Positions 27,078 to 39,864 of a stretch of DNA of 64,000 bases are shown here, one piece after another. Source of the DNA: Lingula anatina (Eukaryota; Animalia; Brachiopoda). How positions within the stretch are numbered: position 1 is the first letter of the stretch; the number at the start of each line of letters is the position of its first letter. Made by a program: the position numbers and the translations under genes. The DNA lies in contig CM120646.1 in NCBI GenBank assembly GCA_051362555.1, positions 20,708,001-20,772,000 of the forward strand. The letters are read 5' to 3'. Under the pieces are notes generated by a model. The model was not told the DNA's origin, searched no databases, and worked only from the letters and a program-made list of their open reading frames with translations.

Positions 27078-27203
27078 TTGAGTGACACCACCTCAAGCAC
27101 AACACTAGAGGTGGTGTCAATTTTTTGTGTTCCATACGAATGCGCTTCCTCAAGCTGGTGGTACAATACCTGGAGGTGGTATCGCCTCTCTGATCCTCTA
27201 GTT
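27078..27203 (-). mobile_element. 5' end of the Helentron-like family seen at 117
   Basis: Reverse complement matches 117-240 (AACTAGAGGATCAGAGAGGCGATACCACCTCCAGGTATTGTACCACCAGC). Confidence 0.7.
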
Positions 27204-27211
27204 CAGTTATA

Positions 27212-27403
27212 CCCCCTTTACACTGGACGGCGTCCTTTCTGCGTCCTTTCTGCGACCATGAAATTGCTGTGGTCTAAATAAAGATCGAGGCACGAGCATT
27301 GATTTTGTAGTTGTCGGCGAGTAAAGCATTATAATTTTTTAACTCTCAAATGGGGCCGTACTGCTGGACGCAGAAAAAAAAACGCCGTCCAGTGTAAAGG
27401 GGG
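27212..27403. mobile_element. MITE, probably PIF/Harbinger-like
   Basis: TIR CCCCCTTTACACTGGACGGCGT at both ends. Right flank CTTTA. Confidence 0.65.
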
Positions 27404-28014
27404 CTTTATGTAGGCACTATTAACGCTGAAAATAATTTCAACAGTTTTGAATAGAAATTGGAAAGTCTGGAAATTGAGATATGACGTTTAACAAAAATGT
27501 AGCCAGAAATAGGAAGATTTGCGTCGCTGGTGCATCCTTTGAAGGAAAAACAAATTCACAGAAAGCCCAATGCCTACACTTTAAGTGAACATAACGATTA
27601 TATCTATAGTGCTCTACCAATGGAGATAGAAAGCTTTAGATAGGGTGGATATCTGTGACAATCATCAATTGGCCCCAAAAAACCTCAATAGTTTGAGAAA
27701 ATAGCAACGGAATAAATACATTGTTTTCTTTTGTCATATAGATTTTTTTATCCATACCAGTATTTCAAATGTGGTAAAGGTCAAAGTGATTTATCGATTT
27801 ATGCACATTTTGAAGAGCAAACTTAAAGACATTCTGTGTGGGTTAGATTAATGTATAAGAGCAGGTTCTATGTAAAACTTTGATCAGATTTGTGTTTTGG
27901 GAGATTGTTTATTTTTATCTTAATCAGTTTGGGTCAAAAAAAGTTCTGCTAAAGCAACTAGAATAAAAGATTAGAAAACGAAAACTATTTATCATGATTT
28001 TGGAACACAGCCGG

Positions 28015-28970
28015 TGTGAACGGAATGTTAGTCCTAGTAACGCAAGTCCTGGGAATGCAAGTCCTAGGTCTAGCGTTTCTAGGAATGGATGTCCTACGAC
28101 ATACATGTACTTCACTAGGATTTAACGTCCTTGGGACAACAGTTACCAAGGAATGTACCTGTAAGTCCCATTGCAAGGAATGCAAGTCCGGATGGGACCT
28201 GTTTTCCTGATTTATACTAGTACTATATGTCCGATTTAACATTTTCTCTCACACTTAAATGGAAGTTACATATAAGAAAAAATAATACGTGTGTATTAAA
28301 ATGGCCGGTGTGATATTCACAAACTGAATGAAAAAAATAATTATGAAAAATAACGTGTAAGAAGTTGTAATAAATTTGTTTTCATTTAAGTAGACCTATT
28401 CATTTGTCAGAGAAATTTTCAAATTGGAGCCGTTGACGGCACCTTTAAGGGTGCATCCCCCTTCAATTTTTAGGATGTACATGTACGCTCCTTACTACAT
28501 AAGGCCCTAACCAGGGATTATCCTGCTTTCCACCTTAGACTATATGCCAAAGACGTCCTTCACTTTCCTCTTATTTACTTTATAAAATAGCTTGTCATGT
28601 TCAATCTGAAATAATCATTACGATATTATATATATTCATGAATTTAAATTAATGACAGACCTTTTCTCCTGTAAGTGAAGTTTGACGGAGAAAAGCAATA
28701 ATGAGTATTTGTCCTCGGACCCAAAATCCTAGAGATAGTAGTCCCCCGGACCTAAAATCCCAGAAATTGTAGTCCCCTGGACCTTGAATACCAGAAATTG
28801 TAGTCCTCCGGACAATTATTCCAGGAGCATATGTCTGACGAACTAGTTCGAACGAATTCGACTTGCTATTCTTCTAATTACTCTTTTCTGTGTCGGTGCT
28901 GTGCCCATGCGGTATGTGCCCTCTTGAAGATAGTGAAATATAACCTCTACATGTATAACCTCTACATGTA
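28015..28970 (-). mobile_element. Ginger1 fragment (3' TIR, internal deletion, part of exon 1)
   Basis: CCGG|TGTGAACGGAATG. Same ~31-bp minisatellite (28711-28813) as the full copy. Minus-strand VEVIFHYLQEGTYRMGTAPTQKRVIRR matches exon 1 of the full copy. Confidence 0.8.
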
Positions 28971-29399
28971 CATGTACCACAAAACATCCAAAAATACTTA
29001 GATATGGACATATCAGATAATATAAATGCCAAAATTCCACATGACAACGATTTATAGCCTCCCAGAAATTATTTTCCCTTGACGCTCTTTGTCGCGCTGG
29101 CGGTCGATGCAGCATGTATTTCAAAACAATAGACTGCAAATTCCGTGTCACGTTTTCATATCATGCACCTTTTATTTCTATAAGTATTCTCTGCCCAGAA
29201 TGCGTAAAGAAAAAATGTTATCTTACCACGTTGTTTGGAAAACCGCTTTTTCCTCTGACTACACGTCTTCTCTCCCGTTCACCTCCAACTTAAAAAAAAA
29301 CACTAAGCTTCGTTTCTAACTCCACTTTACGTCACATGACATCACACTTCCGGCACAATTTTAACTAATTCTCGTCTCCTCCGGTACCCTTTATTAGAC

Positions 29400-30020
29400 T
29401 GCTTTTCCAACTCAGGCTGCATTTTAGTCCTGTTTTTTTTTTTTTTTTTTTTTTGAAAGTTTGAGAACAGTAAGTAACATGGTTTTCCCATAATGGTCAT
29501 CATGGGAGCAGTGCCCAAAATGGGGTTTCTTCAAATTTTGATGCAACATTACATGATGTTTAACATCATAATCACCATCAGTTTTTGATATTAAGATATG
29601 AGTATCATGGATATTCTGAAAATGTGACTAGCAAAGGTCTTCAGGACCATGGAACTTCCTTGAAAATCACACCTTGAAAATGCCAATATGTAAAAAAAAT
29701 TAAAATTTCACAAAAAAACTGTTTAACTGCCAGAAAATTTACCAAACTGACTGCTTTGCCTACTGAAACTATATTTTAGTCCCATGTTTCTTTCCTGTAA
29801 GTTTAAGAACAGTAAGTGGCATAGTTTTCCTTAAATGATCATCACGGGAGCAGTGCGCAAAATAGGGGTTTCTTCAAAGCTTGATGCAATATTACATAAT
29901 GTTTAACAGCATAATGTCCATCGATTTTTAATAATAAAATATTAGTATCATGGATATTAAGAAAATGTGACTAGCAAAGGTCTTCAGGACCATGGAACTT
30001 CACACCTTGAACATGCCAAA
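29400..30020 (+). repeat. Tandem duplication, ~344-bp period
   Basis: CTAGCAAAGGTCTTCAGGACCATGGAACTT at 29627 and 29971. Confidence 0.85.
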
Positions 30021-30369
30021 ATTTAAACAAGACAGTACTGTTCTGAAATGTTTTTTCCCATTTTTAACAATTTTTGTAACATTAAACAAAATTAACAGTA
30101 TACTGCCATATCAATAGAACAGTGTTAAATGTCCAATTCCCTCCATTCTGAGATTTTGAACATAGTGATTGATTGAATCTGACAAACTTCAATGATATGA
30201 GTTTATTTCCATTTTTGAAACTTTATTACGCAATACACGATAACAAGTTTTACATAATCAACTAACAATGTTGTAAAGATGCAGGAAATGTCAAACAAAC
30301 ACTTTTACGTGTCTTATTAGTTAAATAATGAGACTGTTAACATGCCTAAGAATTGATTCTGAAGAAATG

Positions 30370-30900
30370 TGAAAAAACAGCATAACTTCTAAAATGATGG
30401 CCCGATTGTGCTGTTGTTCGAACTTAACCTGCGTTTTAGTACGATTGACCACTCCTGTGAGTTTCATGACAATTGGTCTATCTGTTTTTCTTATATTGTA
30501 TTTACAGTGTTGCATATATGCTGAAAAGTGAAAAGAAAAACAGCATAACTACTTAAATAGTGGCCCGATCATGCCGATTTTCGCACTTGACCTGCGTTTT
30601 AGTAAGTTTGATTACTCCTGTGAGTTTCATGACAACAGGCCTATTGGTTTTCCTTGAAATGGGTTTACAGTGTTGCATATATGCTGAAAAGTGAAAAAAC
30701 AGCATAACTTCTACAATAATGGCCCGATCATGCTGATTATCCTACTTGACCTGTGTTTTATAAGTAATTATCATCTCTGTAAATTTAAAGCCAAAAAGTA
30801 AAACTGTCTTCCACTTATCGTGTTTACGCTGAAAATGCACGGCGCCGGCGCCGGTGACGACAGACGCAGGTGATGGCAATATGTACAGACACATTTGTGC
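30370..30900 (+). repeat. ~160-bp tandem repeat (2.5 units), probably within a Helentron-like element
   Basis: AAACAGCATAACT...GGCCCGAT recurs at ~30375, 30538 and 30697, followed by a GGCGCC/GAC-rich tract. Confidence 0.7.
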
Positions 30901-31529
30901 ATATTCACATGGATGCAGTATAGTTCAAATTTCTTTAAATGCATAATAAAATTAAGCGAGGTATGAATAACAGCACATTTATTCAATTATTTTTTTAACC
31001 TGTATAATGGTGTGGTAAAATTTTGAAAATCATAAAAAATAATAATAACCACACACATTAGTGTCATAGCACGGTAACTTAAATACCATTCACTGAAGCT
31101 CCAAGGAAATTATTCACTTCATTGAAAAAGTGATGTTTCAGGAGAAAACTTACTGGATCTCTACTAAGCTGACTAAGGCAATCTTCTGACTGGTGCAACA
31201 AACACATACATGTATCTGTTTGAAGGACAAGAACTATTTATATTAACTAGGCCCAGAGATATTTTTTCTTAGAATTTTTTCCATTGACCACTGCCAAAAA
31301 TGGGTTTCTTTTGTCCATTTGGACATCCTTTTCAACATTGTCACACTTGTCCTAAAATGAATGGCAAAAAACGTTATTGATATATTTTCAAGCCTGTTTG
31401 GAAATAGCAAATCTACAACAGCCTATTCACTTGTCATTTTATGATGACAAATTAAAAGTGACCCTAATTATTTTAAAAGAGAAGTAAAGAAACAACCTGA
31501 CATGTACTAACACTCTGATGAACCATTAA

Positions 31530-32146
31530 AGCAATAATAACTCTTCCTTTGAGATTCAAAAATCTGCATGAAATACATTGTAAACAACGCATGGAAATAT
31601 ATTCTATTGTATTTTACCACTAAAACGGCCGTTATTGTAGGAAAACTAAAATCTGTGCTTTTCAATAGGGCTTTCGATCCCTTTTTTCCGGTCGACAAGT
31701 GCATTCGTTGCTAATGACGTAATGGTGTCACGCGGATTCTCGCGTTCATTCGAGACCAAAATAACATGGCGGGAAACCCTCAGACGTAAGTTGCGAGTTT
31801 TTGTACAGTGCGTCGGATAACGAAAAGCCCAGAATGGCACACATTGTGGATATAAATGCATTTTTAACAAAAAGACGAATATATCTCATGAATCTTATAT
31901 AGTGTTGTTGTTGTCTGCTTTTCCCGCGGTTTTAAGTAGGTCACCAGTGACTTTGCAATGTCAGAGAGAGCTCCGTCAGTTAAAATCTCTTAAGAGATTT
32001 TAACAAAAAACCGTACGTTTAGGAAAAAAACCTTGGATTAACTTTGAATGCAGGAATGGGGTCGTTGGCCATTGGTAAGTACGGGAAAATTGCCAGTTTT
32101 TTCAGGAAAATCCAATTTTTGGCCAAAACGAAGAGTTATTATGACT
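31530..32146. mobile_element. Kolobok-type MITE related to 2181-2516
   Basis: TTAA|AGCAATAATAACTCTTC ... GAAGAGTTATTATGACT|TTAA. The right ~80 bp is the reverse complement of 2181-2260. Confidence 0.7.
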
Positions 32147-32708
32147 TTAAATAAATTCAAATGTATTATACCTATCAATACTTCGCTCTCGATTTACCTG
32201 CTGGGTCCCACTTGAGTGCTGCTACTAGTAATCCTGCCATTACTGTTCGAGTCTTTTGCACTGTCAGTCTACAAAACAAGATTGAAAATATGTGTCACTT
32301 CTACATTAATGTTCAGACGAACGTTACACGTTAAAATATGAAGATATCATAACGGCGTGTAGGCCTGAAGATATTTTCAAGTGCGAAGAATCTTCGAGGA
32401 ATCGATCAACACAATGGAGTTCCTTTCCACTAACTTCACCGTTTGCAAAGAAAACCCGACTAAAACACGCCATACATGCAATCTTAAAAGTTATTGTTAA
32501 CTTAAATTACATTTATGTCAAAAATATGCCAAAAAAAAAAAAAAAAACACGGTGAGATCGAGGATAAAAATACGCACTTACTTTTCCGACAAGCTCGCCT
32601 TGCATCGTGACGTCAGTATCATCAACTATGTTCTGTGTGAACCCTGCTGTGATTGGTCGTGAGCGTGGGAAAATCCAGGTCGTGACCTTAAGCCGTAAGT
32701 ACTTCCGG

Positions 32709-33285
32709 TGTGAACGGAATGCAGGTCCGCCTGGATTCCTACGGACCTCGGTTCCTAGTTCCTTAGGATTAGCAGTCCTTATGGGACCTGTATTCCTGTC
32801 ATAAATATGGATAGGACTTCTATTTCTGGCGGACCTGCATTCCGTTTACATTAGTCAGCGAAATGGAGGTCCCCCCTATTTTAATGCCCGTCCCTTTATA
32901 TTACTACTAGGTAAAGGCCATTGATACGAATAGTATGCTTTAGTGAGCATATATAATTACTCCGTAATATCGAATATCTGCTGGTTCGTCTCTCTGGCGT
33001 AGTGGTTAGGCAGTGCAACAATGTGAATCTAGAACAGTGTGTTAAAGTAGTCTGATGAGAGTTCGAATCCCTATAAGACTGATATTTCGGTTTTGAACTT
33101 TTGTTTGATTTTTATGTCTTTGTCATGTTTGCTGGTCATATTACTTTGCCACGTCGGATAATTTGGATTGGTTACAGATGTCACGCGCTTTCTTGCACTA
33201 CTATAAATACGTTCATATTCTGATACCACACACTCACTTGACTTCGGATATGGAAGGGACGAGCAGCACCCCTTCTAGACTCAAC
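32709..33285 (+). mobile_element. Ginger1 5' fragment
   Basis: CCGG|TGTGAACGGAATGCAGGTCC, then A/B boxes, CCAAT, TATAAATA and start codons MEGTSST at 33250, colinear with 45080-44540 (reverse). Confidence 0.8.
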
Positions 33286-34039
33286 ATACATGTATGTGCT
33301 GCAATTATTACGATGTTTAAGAGGTCTTGAAGGACCTTGTGAAAACCAGGAAATAGTTGGTAACTTTTCTTATATAAAAACACTCAGCCAGAACTAGATA
33401 TCTCAATTTTGCTTAATTTGGAGTCAGGGGGTGACCTCTCGGTATCAATTGTGGATATTGACGTCAGAGCTTCACCTGAGCAAAGACCCTGAAACAAAAA
33501 TTGGGACAAAGAATAAATTAATATTTAACCGAATAACCACATGGAGATGAAGCACGCTAGTATTTTTATTCCTTGGCCCACTTTTTCTGTTAACAGAGTA
33601 AATATGTTGCAAAATTAGACTCATATTGTATATTTGTGTCAAACTTTCAAAACGGATGCAAGTCGGATTTTTTTCAAGATATCCTCGTTCACTGTACAAC
33701 ACTTCCTATCTGGTTAATTATCGCCTGTAGATCCCACACAAAACAAATCCAGAAGGCATGAAGAACGAAATTCACCTTGTAAGTAACTATGACCAGAAAA
33801 ATAGTAAACGGGCTGAAATAATAGCCATGCATAAACTTGATACCTGTTTAGCGTATACTCACGTGCCGAAGAGAAGTTTTGCCACTGCCTCAAACTTGAT
33901 ATTAAATTTTTTCAGCTTCTTCCAGCGGCCCACCTCACGACCAATATAGACTGTATAGGTAGTTCTTTTGGCGGATTCTCCATAGTTTCCGAAATTGAAG
34001 AACCGTAGTGTATACATTTTTCTGCCTATTTTGTACCGG

Positions 34040-34262
34040 TGTGACAGGAGTGCACGTCCTAGTAACGCAAGTCCGCCCGGACACTAAGTCCTGGGAATGC
34101 AAGTCGTAGGGCATGCATTGCTAGGAATGGAAGTCCTAGGACTAACGTTACTAGGATTCAATGTCCAAAGGCTCCCAAGTAATGTAAGTCCTACGTGTAG
34201 TAATGCACGTCCTAATGGGACGTGCGTTCCTGACATTTTAGTAATGCATGTCCTATACTGTA
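34040..34262 (-). mobile_element. Ginger1 3'-TIR fragment (variant)
   Basis: CCGG|TGTGACAGGAGTGCACGTCCTAGTAACGCAAGTCC with the GTCCTAG subterminal repeats. Confidence 0.7.
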
Positions 34263-35428
34263 TAGTTTACACCAAGAAATGACATGAATAAATAGATATA
34301 CCCCTGTAGTAACATCCAGGTCTCAGCCATAGTACTTCATTCATAGTAAACCGCGAGACTTAGCGAGAAATTGCGCGTTCTGAAGCCGTACTGTGAGGTG
34401 GTAGCTGAGTATTTAAGACGAGTCGTCTTTTATTAATTAAAGGAACTTAAAAACGGTATTAGGTAGTTTCATTTTCTGAACGGTTTCGGATAGGATAAAC
34501 ATTGGCCATTATGGGGAAATTGGTGAGATTTCCAGGAAAATTCATTTTCTTGCTATATTAAGGGTTGAACCCACACAGACTGTCTTTAAAGAGAAATGCA
34601 TCACTTACACAACTGATCGTCTTAACTACGCTCGTTGCATCACCGCCAAGCAATACATGAATGGTAAAATTAGGCAAATGAGGAGCTCCAAATGCAGTCA
34701 TAATAGGGTGATGACATAAATAAACACAAAATGAGCATTTCAGTGATAGAGAAATTCAGCAGCTGCATTATTCCATTTTGATTTAGAAATTAAAATCTTA
34801 AAATATATCAACTTTGCTGTTGCCTTGGATATAAAGGAATACAGTCGTGAATGTATTCCGAATCGAAATATTATTATAATATGTTAAAAAATAAAATATT
34901 TGATTGATTGATGCCTGTTGAAAATGAGAAAAACGCGTTGGCGTCAGTGCGTATTTCAGTTAATGGATTTGAACACCTTCATATTTGTTATTCAAACTTT
35001 TGAGTCTGAAAATAATGCAAAAGTTGTTCCTTTAACATTGTTTTTTTTTTCATAATTTTACAACAGTGTCAACAATTTCATGACCTACTTATCTATAGCT
35101 TCACCATGTTACATCATTTAAAATAAGCAAGCTTACATATAGTAGTTTAAGAAATACAAGAGCCCTAATACATATTATTTGAACTTTAAAATGTTGATAT
35201 TCTAAGCTTTTGTCTCTATGCTAATATATCGTTAAATATGAATAGTATAAAATGTGAAGAAAAACTAATATGGTTAGCTAAGGTTAGTCAAATATTGTGA
35301 AAACGATTAAAGGAATCGAACCAAACTCTCTCTGTGCCAGCCTAGACATAGTGGAAAACGAGCAACGACCGACATACACCAACTACCAGGCAGCCATTGA
35401 TATGCGACTAAGTTAAGACTGACGTTAA

Positions 35429-38210
35429 ATGATTCTGGCCATGTAAAAATCCATTTCTCAAAATTTGAAGATCAAGCACTCAATTTATACACTACAGCTT
35501 TGTTTTAATCGATCCCCATCATTTAAAAAGTATAAAAACGATCTGTTAGTAGAAAGAAAGCCTTTTAGTAAACCGCACCTCAATATGCAAAAATGAAGCA
35601 AAATATCTGGGTCACGTGGTATTGTGACGACATAGACGATAAAGGCCTTTGACACTCAGCTGAGCTGCATGCTGAATACAGACAGGGAAGATTAGGAAAG
35701 TTGTGTTGGACGGGGTTGGGCAATTTTCGTAATGCCTTAGTGTGTTGCCGTGGGATTCGTCAAAAGAGCAGCAAAGGATCTGGCATTCGTTGACAATCTT
35801 TTTCTTTGTTTGTGACTGTCTTCCGTGACTTTCATACTAACTCCGGTGACAATAGATGTGATATTCAAGTGGTTTACATCATATCAAACGCTGACATCCT
35901 TTCAAATAAAGCATCATCAGTTGACAAGCTTACTAATTAGTGATGCATTTTAAATGCATGGTAGTTGACCAAGAGCTCGTTAACAATAAAAATGGTTAAT
36001 TACGCACCGCCGCACTTCCCAAGCCAGGTAATAACAGGTAACTCGACCTGTCAGATGCTTTGTGGGCTTTAATGTTCTTTCAATATATCTTTTTTATTTC
36101 ATGGGGTTATGTTATTGGTATTTTTAAATTACGTTTAATATCAATATTTAAATAAGTGAGTTCAAACACGATTGCAAACATTCATGAAAGTGATCGCTCT
36201 CAGGATATCTTGAAGCATGCGTATGCCCAGGCATCACTGCCGTGGAAAAGAACGTGGTTGAGGAAAAGATCGAAAAAGAGTGGTAATATTAAAGAAAAAA
36301 GAATGGGAACTGCTGTAAAAAATGGTTCGTAATGCTAATTCCTTTAACAATATAAAGTGTTATGTGCTTCGAAAATTTGTTTCTAAAGGGTATTTCAATT
36401 TAAATATTGAATAATTTAAAAGGTTTATAAATTGAAACCCACGTTCTGCGCGCGTCAGTAGGCAAAACTTTTTGCAAATTTGAAAGTATGTCAAACCCAA
36501 AAACACATATAGCAGAACAAGGTAAAAAGGGACTTTTTGTTATGTAACAGACGGACTCTCTTTGTGGCATAAAAAGTATTTATTCATGTGACTAAAATTT
36601 TTACCCTGTAACAAATAGTGACACATAATAAGATAAAGTGACATTTAACAAATAATAAATATATAGTTCATGTAACTGTTAATTACGTATAGTTATTTGA
36701 TTACTTGATATATACTTCTTTGATAAAAAAAAATAATTTACATAATGCAGCTTATTACGGCTTACCCTTATTTAATTCAAGGGCGTTTTATAAAGAGCGC
36801 TGGCAATATCAGTAGTTGGCCTTGTACAAAAACTGCGAAGTACAAAAAAAAGCTGTAGTATAGGATATTGTAGTAAAGTTGGACACTTCAAAGACGAGAT
36901 AGAACAACAGATAGTAAATTGAACTAGAATTTACAAGACTATCCCCAACTTGCCACATAAAGACAGACAAACAGCGACTCCAGCACTGCTTGAAAATCCG
37001 GAGCCAACGCCTTTTATAACGAGGCGTCACATGACATAGACGCGGGAACATAGACAAAGAAATACAGACAAAGGAACATAGACAAAACACCAATTAGAGG
37101 GGGTCAGAGTCACAGCAAGTCACACCAAGACAAGACAATTCGAGACGAGTGCATAATTACACATAACTACAGTTATTAGTAGCATGTATGTTAAATATCA
37201 TAACTAAATGTGCAGTCTTTGATATGGATATAAGAAAGGCACATACGAAAATTTAAAAGAATGCTTGATGTCAAAAGGAGCACTAGTAATAACTTATTAC
37301 ATAATACAAAACTTAGTATATTATAAAATCGGGAGTTACCCACTTCATTTAAGTATAAAGCTAAGATTTTTCAATATTGATTGAAAAACCGCTCCTCGAA
37401 AAATTGTATTATAACTGCGTGCTATGAACATCTACTTAACAACAATTTTGATTGGGTAATTTGAATACGGAATGAACTGGAGACACTTGACTTGTCATTT
37501 ATTTTTTACGATAATATGTCAGATAATTTTATACAGTCCTTGATTTAGTAAAGATTGAAAAATAATTTTAGACAAACATTGACCGGGGAAATATCCACAC
37601 GAAGTAAAGGGCTATTGGACCAACATCTTGTTGATAATGTTACAGTGCAATTCTGTTAAAAAAAACATTTCACTGAAATATAAGGATTTAATTGAATAGA
37701 CGTGGAAATGGCTTCACACGGCTTCACGAAGATTTAGACTCCTCGGGTAAAAGATCTGAATGAGTATGAACTGTTATCAGGGGTCTGAAAAGTCAGCTTA
37801 CAGGTAGACTATGCAGCTCAGTTTGACAACTAAATGCGCTGCTTGGCTCTCTCCTCCGGTGGCCTGTATATCGTCATCGGCTTCACGAAGCTTTAGACCC
37901 CTCGGGTAAAATATTTGATGAGTATAAACTGTAATCAGGGGTCTGAAAAGTCAGCTTACAGGTAGCAAATGCTGCTCAGTTTGACAACTACACGCGCTGC
38001 TCGGCTCTCTCCTCCGCTGGTCTGTATGTCGTCATCAGGCCACGTGACCACGTACCAGTAACTCATCAACTCTAAGGCCGGGCAAAAATGGCGTTTTTTA
38101 AAGCTCGAAAATTACTAAATCAGCTTTTAATTTGTGTATTTGGATAAAGATATCGTCGGTTGGGTATGTTTTCTGAAGAAAATGATCCGTTCAAGCCATT
38201 CGCGAAACCT
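35429..38210 (-). mobile_element. Kolobok-type DNA transposon, copy 3 (inverted, more diverged)
   Basis: Reverse-complement homology to 10114-12794. TTAA flanks at 35425-35428 and 38211-38214. Contains a solo LTR and a ~159-bp internal duplication (37720-38035). Confidence 0.75.
36543..37171 (-). mobile_element. Solo LTR (probably Gypsy-type)
   Basis: TGTA...TACA termini and 4-bp TSD GTTA (36539-36542, 37172-37175). Minus strand has TATAAAAG and AATAAA. Absent from the other two Kolobok copies. Confidence 0.75.
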
Positions 38211-38481
38211 TTAACATGTTTGATGCACCTGGCTTTTCTCGGGTGTGGCGTTTTGCGCTGGATTTACGCCTTATGTTTATTGCCATATCATTAGACTAAA
38301 GCACCCAAACTGACTTCAGAATGTCAATGAGCCCATGCATGCGGCGTAAGTGAAATTCTTAGTGTGGAGGACTTCAATTGGTAATTTAAGAGACGATAAC
38401 AGAGTACACGTTTTGTTTGTTGGAAATGCTTTGTTTACAAAATGAATAGAATGGTCAATGGATTAACAGTAACACTAACTA

Positions 38482-39864
38482 CACACACTGGACAAAAGAA
38501 GTGTCACCCCTACTGAGCCAATACTATGGGGGAGAAAAATGACTGTGGAATGATATGCTCCTGGTATCATGTTATTAACATCAAATTTCACAAAAAAATC
38601 ACAAAATGAGAACAAAATATACATTCTACCAAAATATGCAGTTTCAAGTCAAAAATTAGTACTTAGTGGCATAGCCACGTGACCTAATAATAGGTGCCAG
38701 TCTACGAAGCAAGGTTTCATATAATTGTCTGATGCGTTCAAGGCTTATGCTGGCCCAGGCATGAAACACTGAATATAACAGAGTTTCTCTGCTGGTTAGA
38801 CGGGCATTTGTCAAAAGTTTTGACATAACATTCCACACATTTTCTATTATGTTTGCATCTGGACTCTGGGCAGGCCACATCACACTGCGAATGTCCTGTT
38901 GGTCAAATCATCAACTGCTCTGGGCCTGTGACAAAGAGCATTGTCATCCTGGTGAACAAATGGATAATTCCTGTCGCCAAACATGTTAGTAATAGATGGT
39001 AGCAAGCCTGACTCCAAAACATCGATATATTTCTAGTCATTCATGTTTCCATTTACCACTATCAATTCGCCCAAGCCATGGATGCTGATGCAGCCCCACA
39101 CCATGATGAATATGCTGCTCCGGGTTCGAAAATTCAGTGCATGTGGTTCAAATGCTTTACCAGCAGTTTGCCAACATAGTATCCGTCTGTCATCAGAGGT
39201 CAGACCAAAGCGACACTCATCAGAAAAAATATATAGGACCAATTGTTATGAACTGTCCAGTTCCAGATCCTGTTGACCCTAGTTTACTCTACTTTGCCTG
39301 TTTTGTAACGATATAAGAGGTTTCAGTCTTGCTACCCTGCTGTACACTCTCTGAGCATGTAACCGACGCCTAGCAATTTTCACAGACACATTCTTATGTG
39401 TGAAATTGTTCCACTGTGTTGTCAACTGACAAGCAGTGTCGAACTTTGACAACCTGGACGTCAAAATCAGTCGTCGGTCTTCACGGCCAGTATTTTTTCT
39501 TGGACGACCCATCAGAGGCAATTTATCTCTTGATCCAGTGTTTCTTTGCCGAGACCAGACCCTCTGCACGGTTCTGACTGAACAATTCAACTGTATCGAT
39601 ATTCTGACATTGCTTATATTTCGCCTCTTCAGGTTAATAACTTGCACCTATAACCGTTAGATAATAGCCTGTATCTTGCCATATTGGAGGAAGACAGGAA
39701 TTACATTTGCTGTACATGTACAAAACCAACAATACAATTCTATGGTATAGCGGTTTTATACTCATTAATCACATTATAAGTAGACCAGGCGTTATAAGTA
39801 CCCAAAATCTGCCTACTTTTATTACTCTGAGTTAGGGGGTGACACTTCTTTTGTCCAGTGTGTG
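38482..39864 (-). mobile_element. Full-length Tc1-like element with frameshifted transposase
   Basis: 29-bp TIR CACACACTGGACAAAAGAAGTGTCACCCC with TA TSDs. Fragments GRPRKNTGREDRRL, IFSDECRF, MVWGCIS, WPAQSPDANIIENVW and RGYATKY*. Confidence 0.95.

Noticed and set aside
32988-33071. Functional tRNA gene
   Set aside because: A and B boxes are present, but no convincing acceptor or anticodon stems, and the spacer differs between the two Ginger copies.
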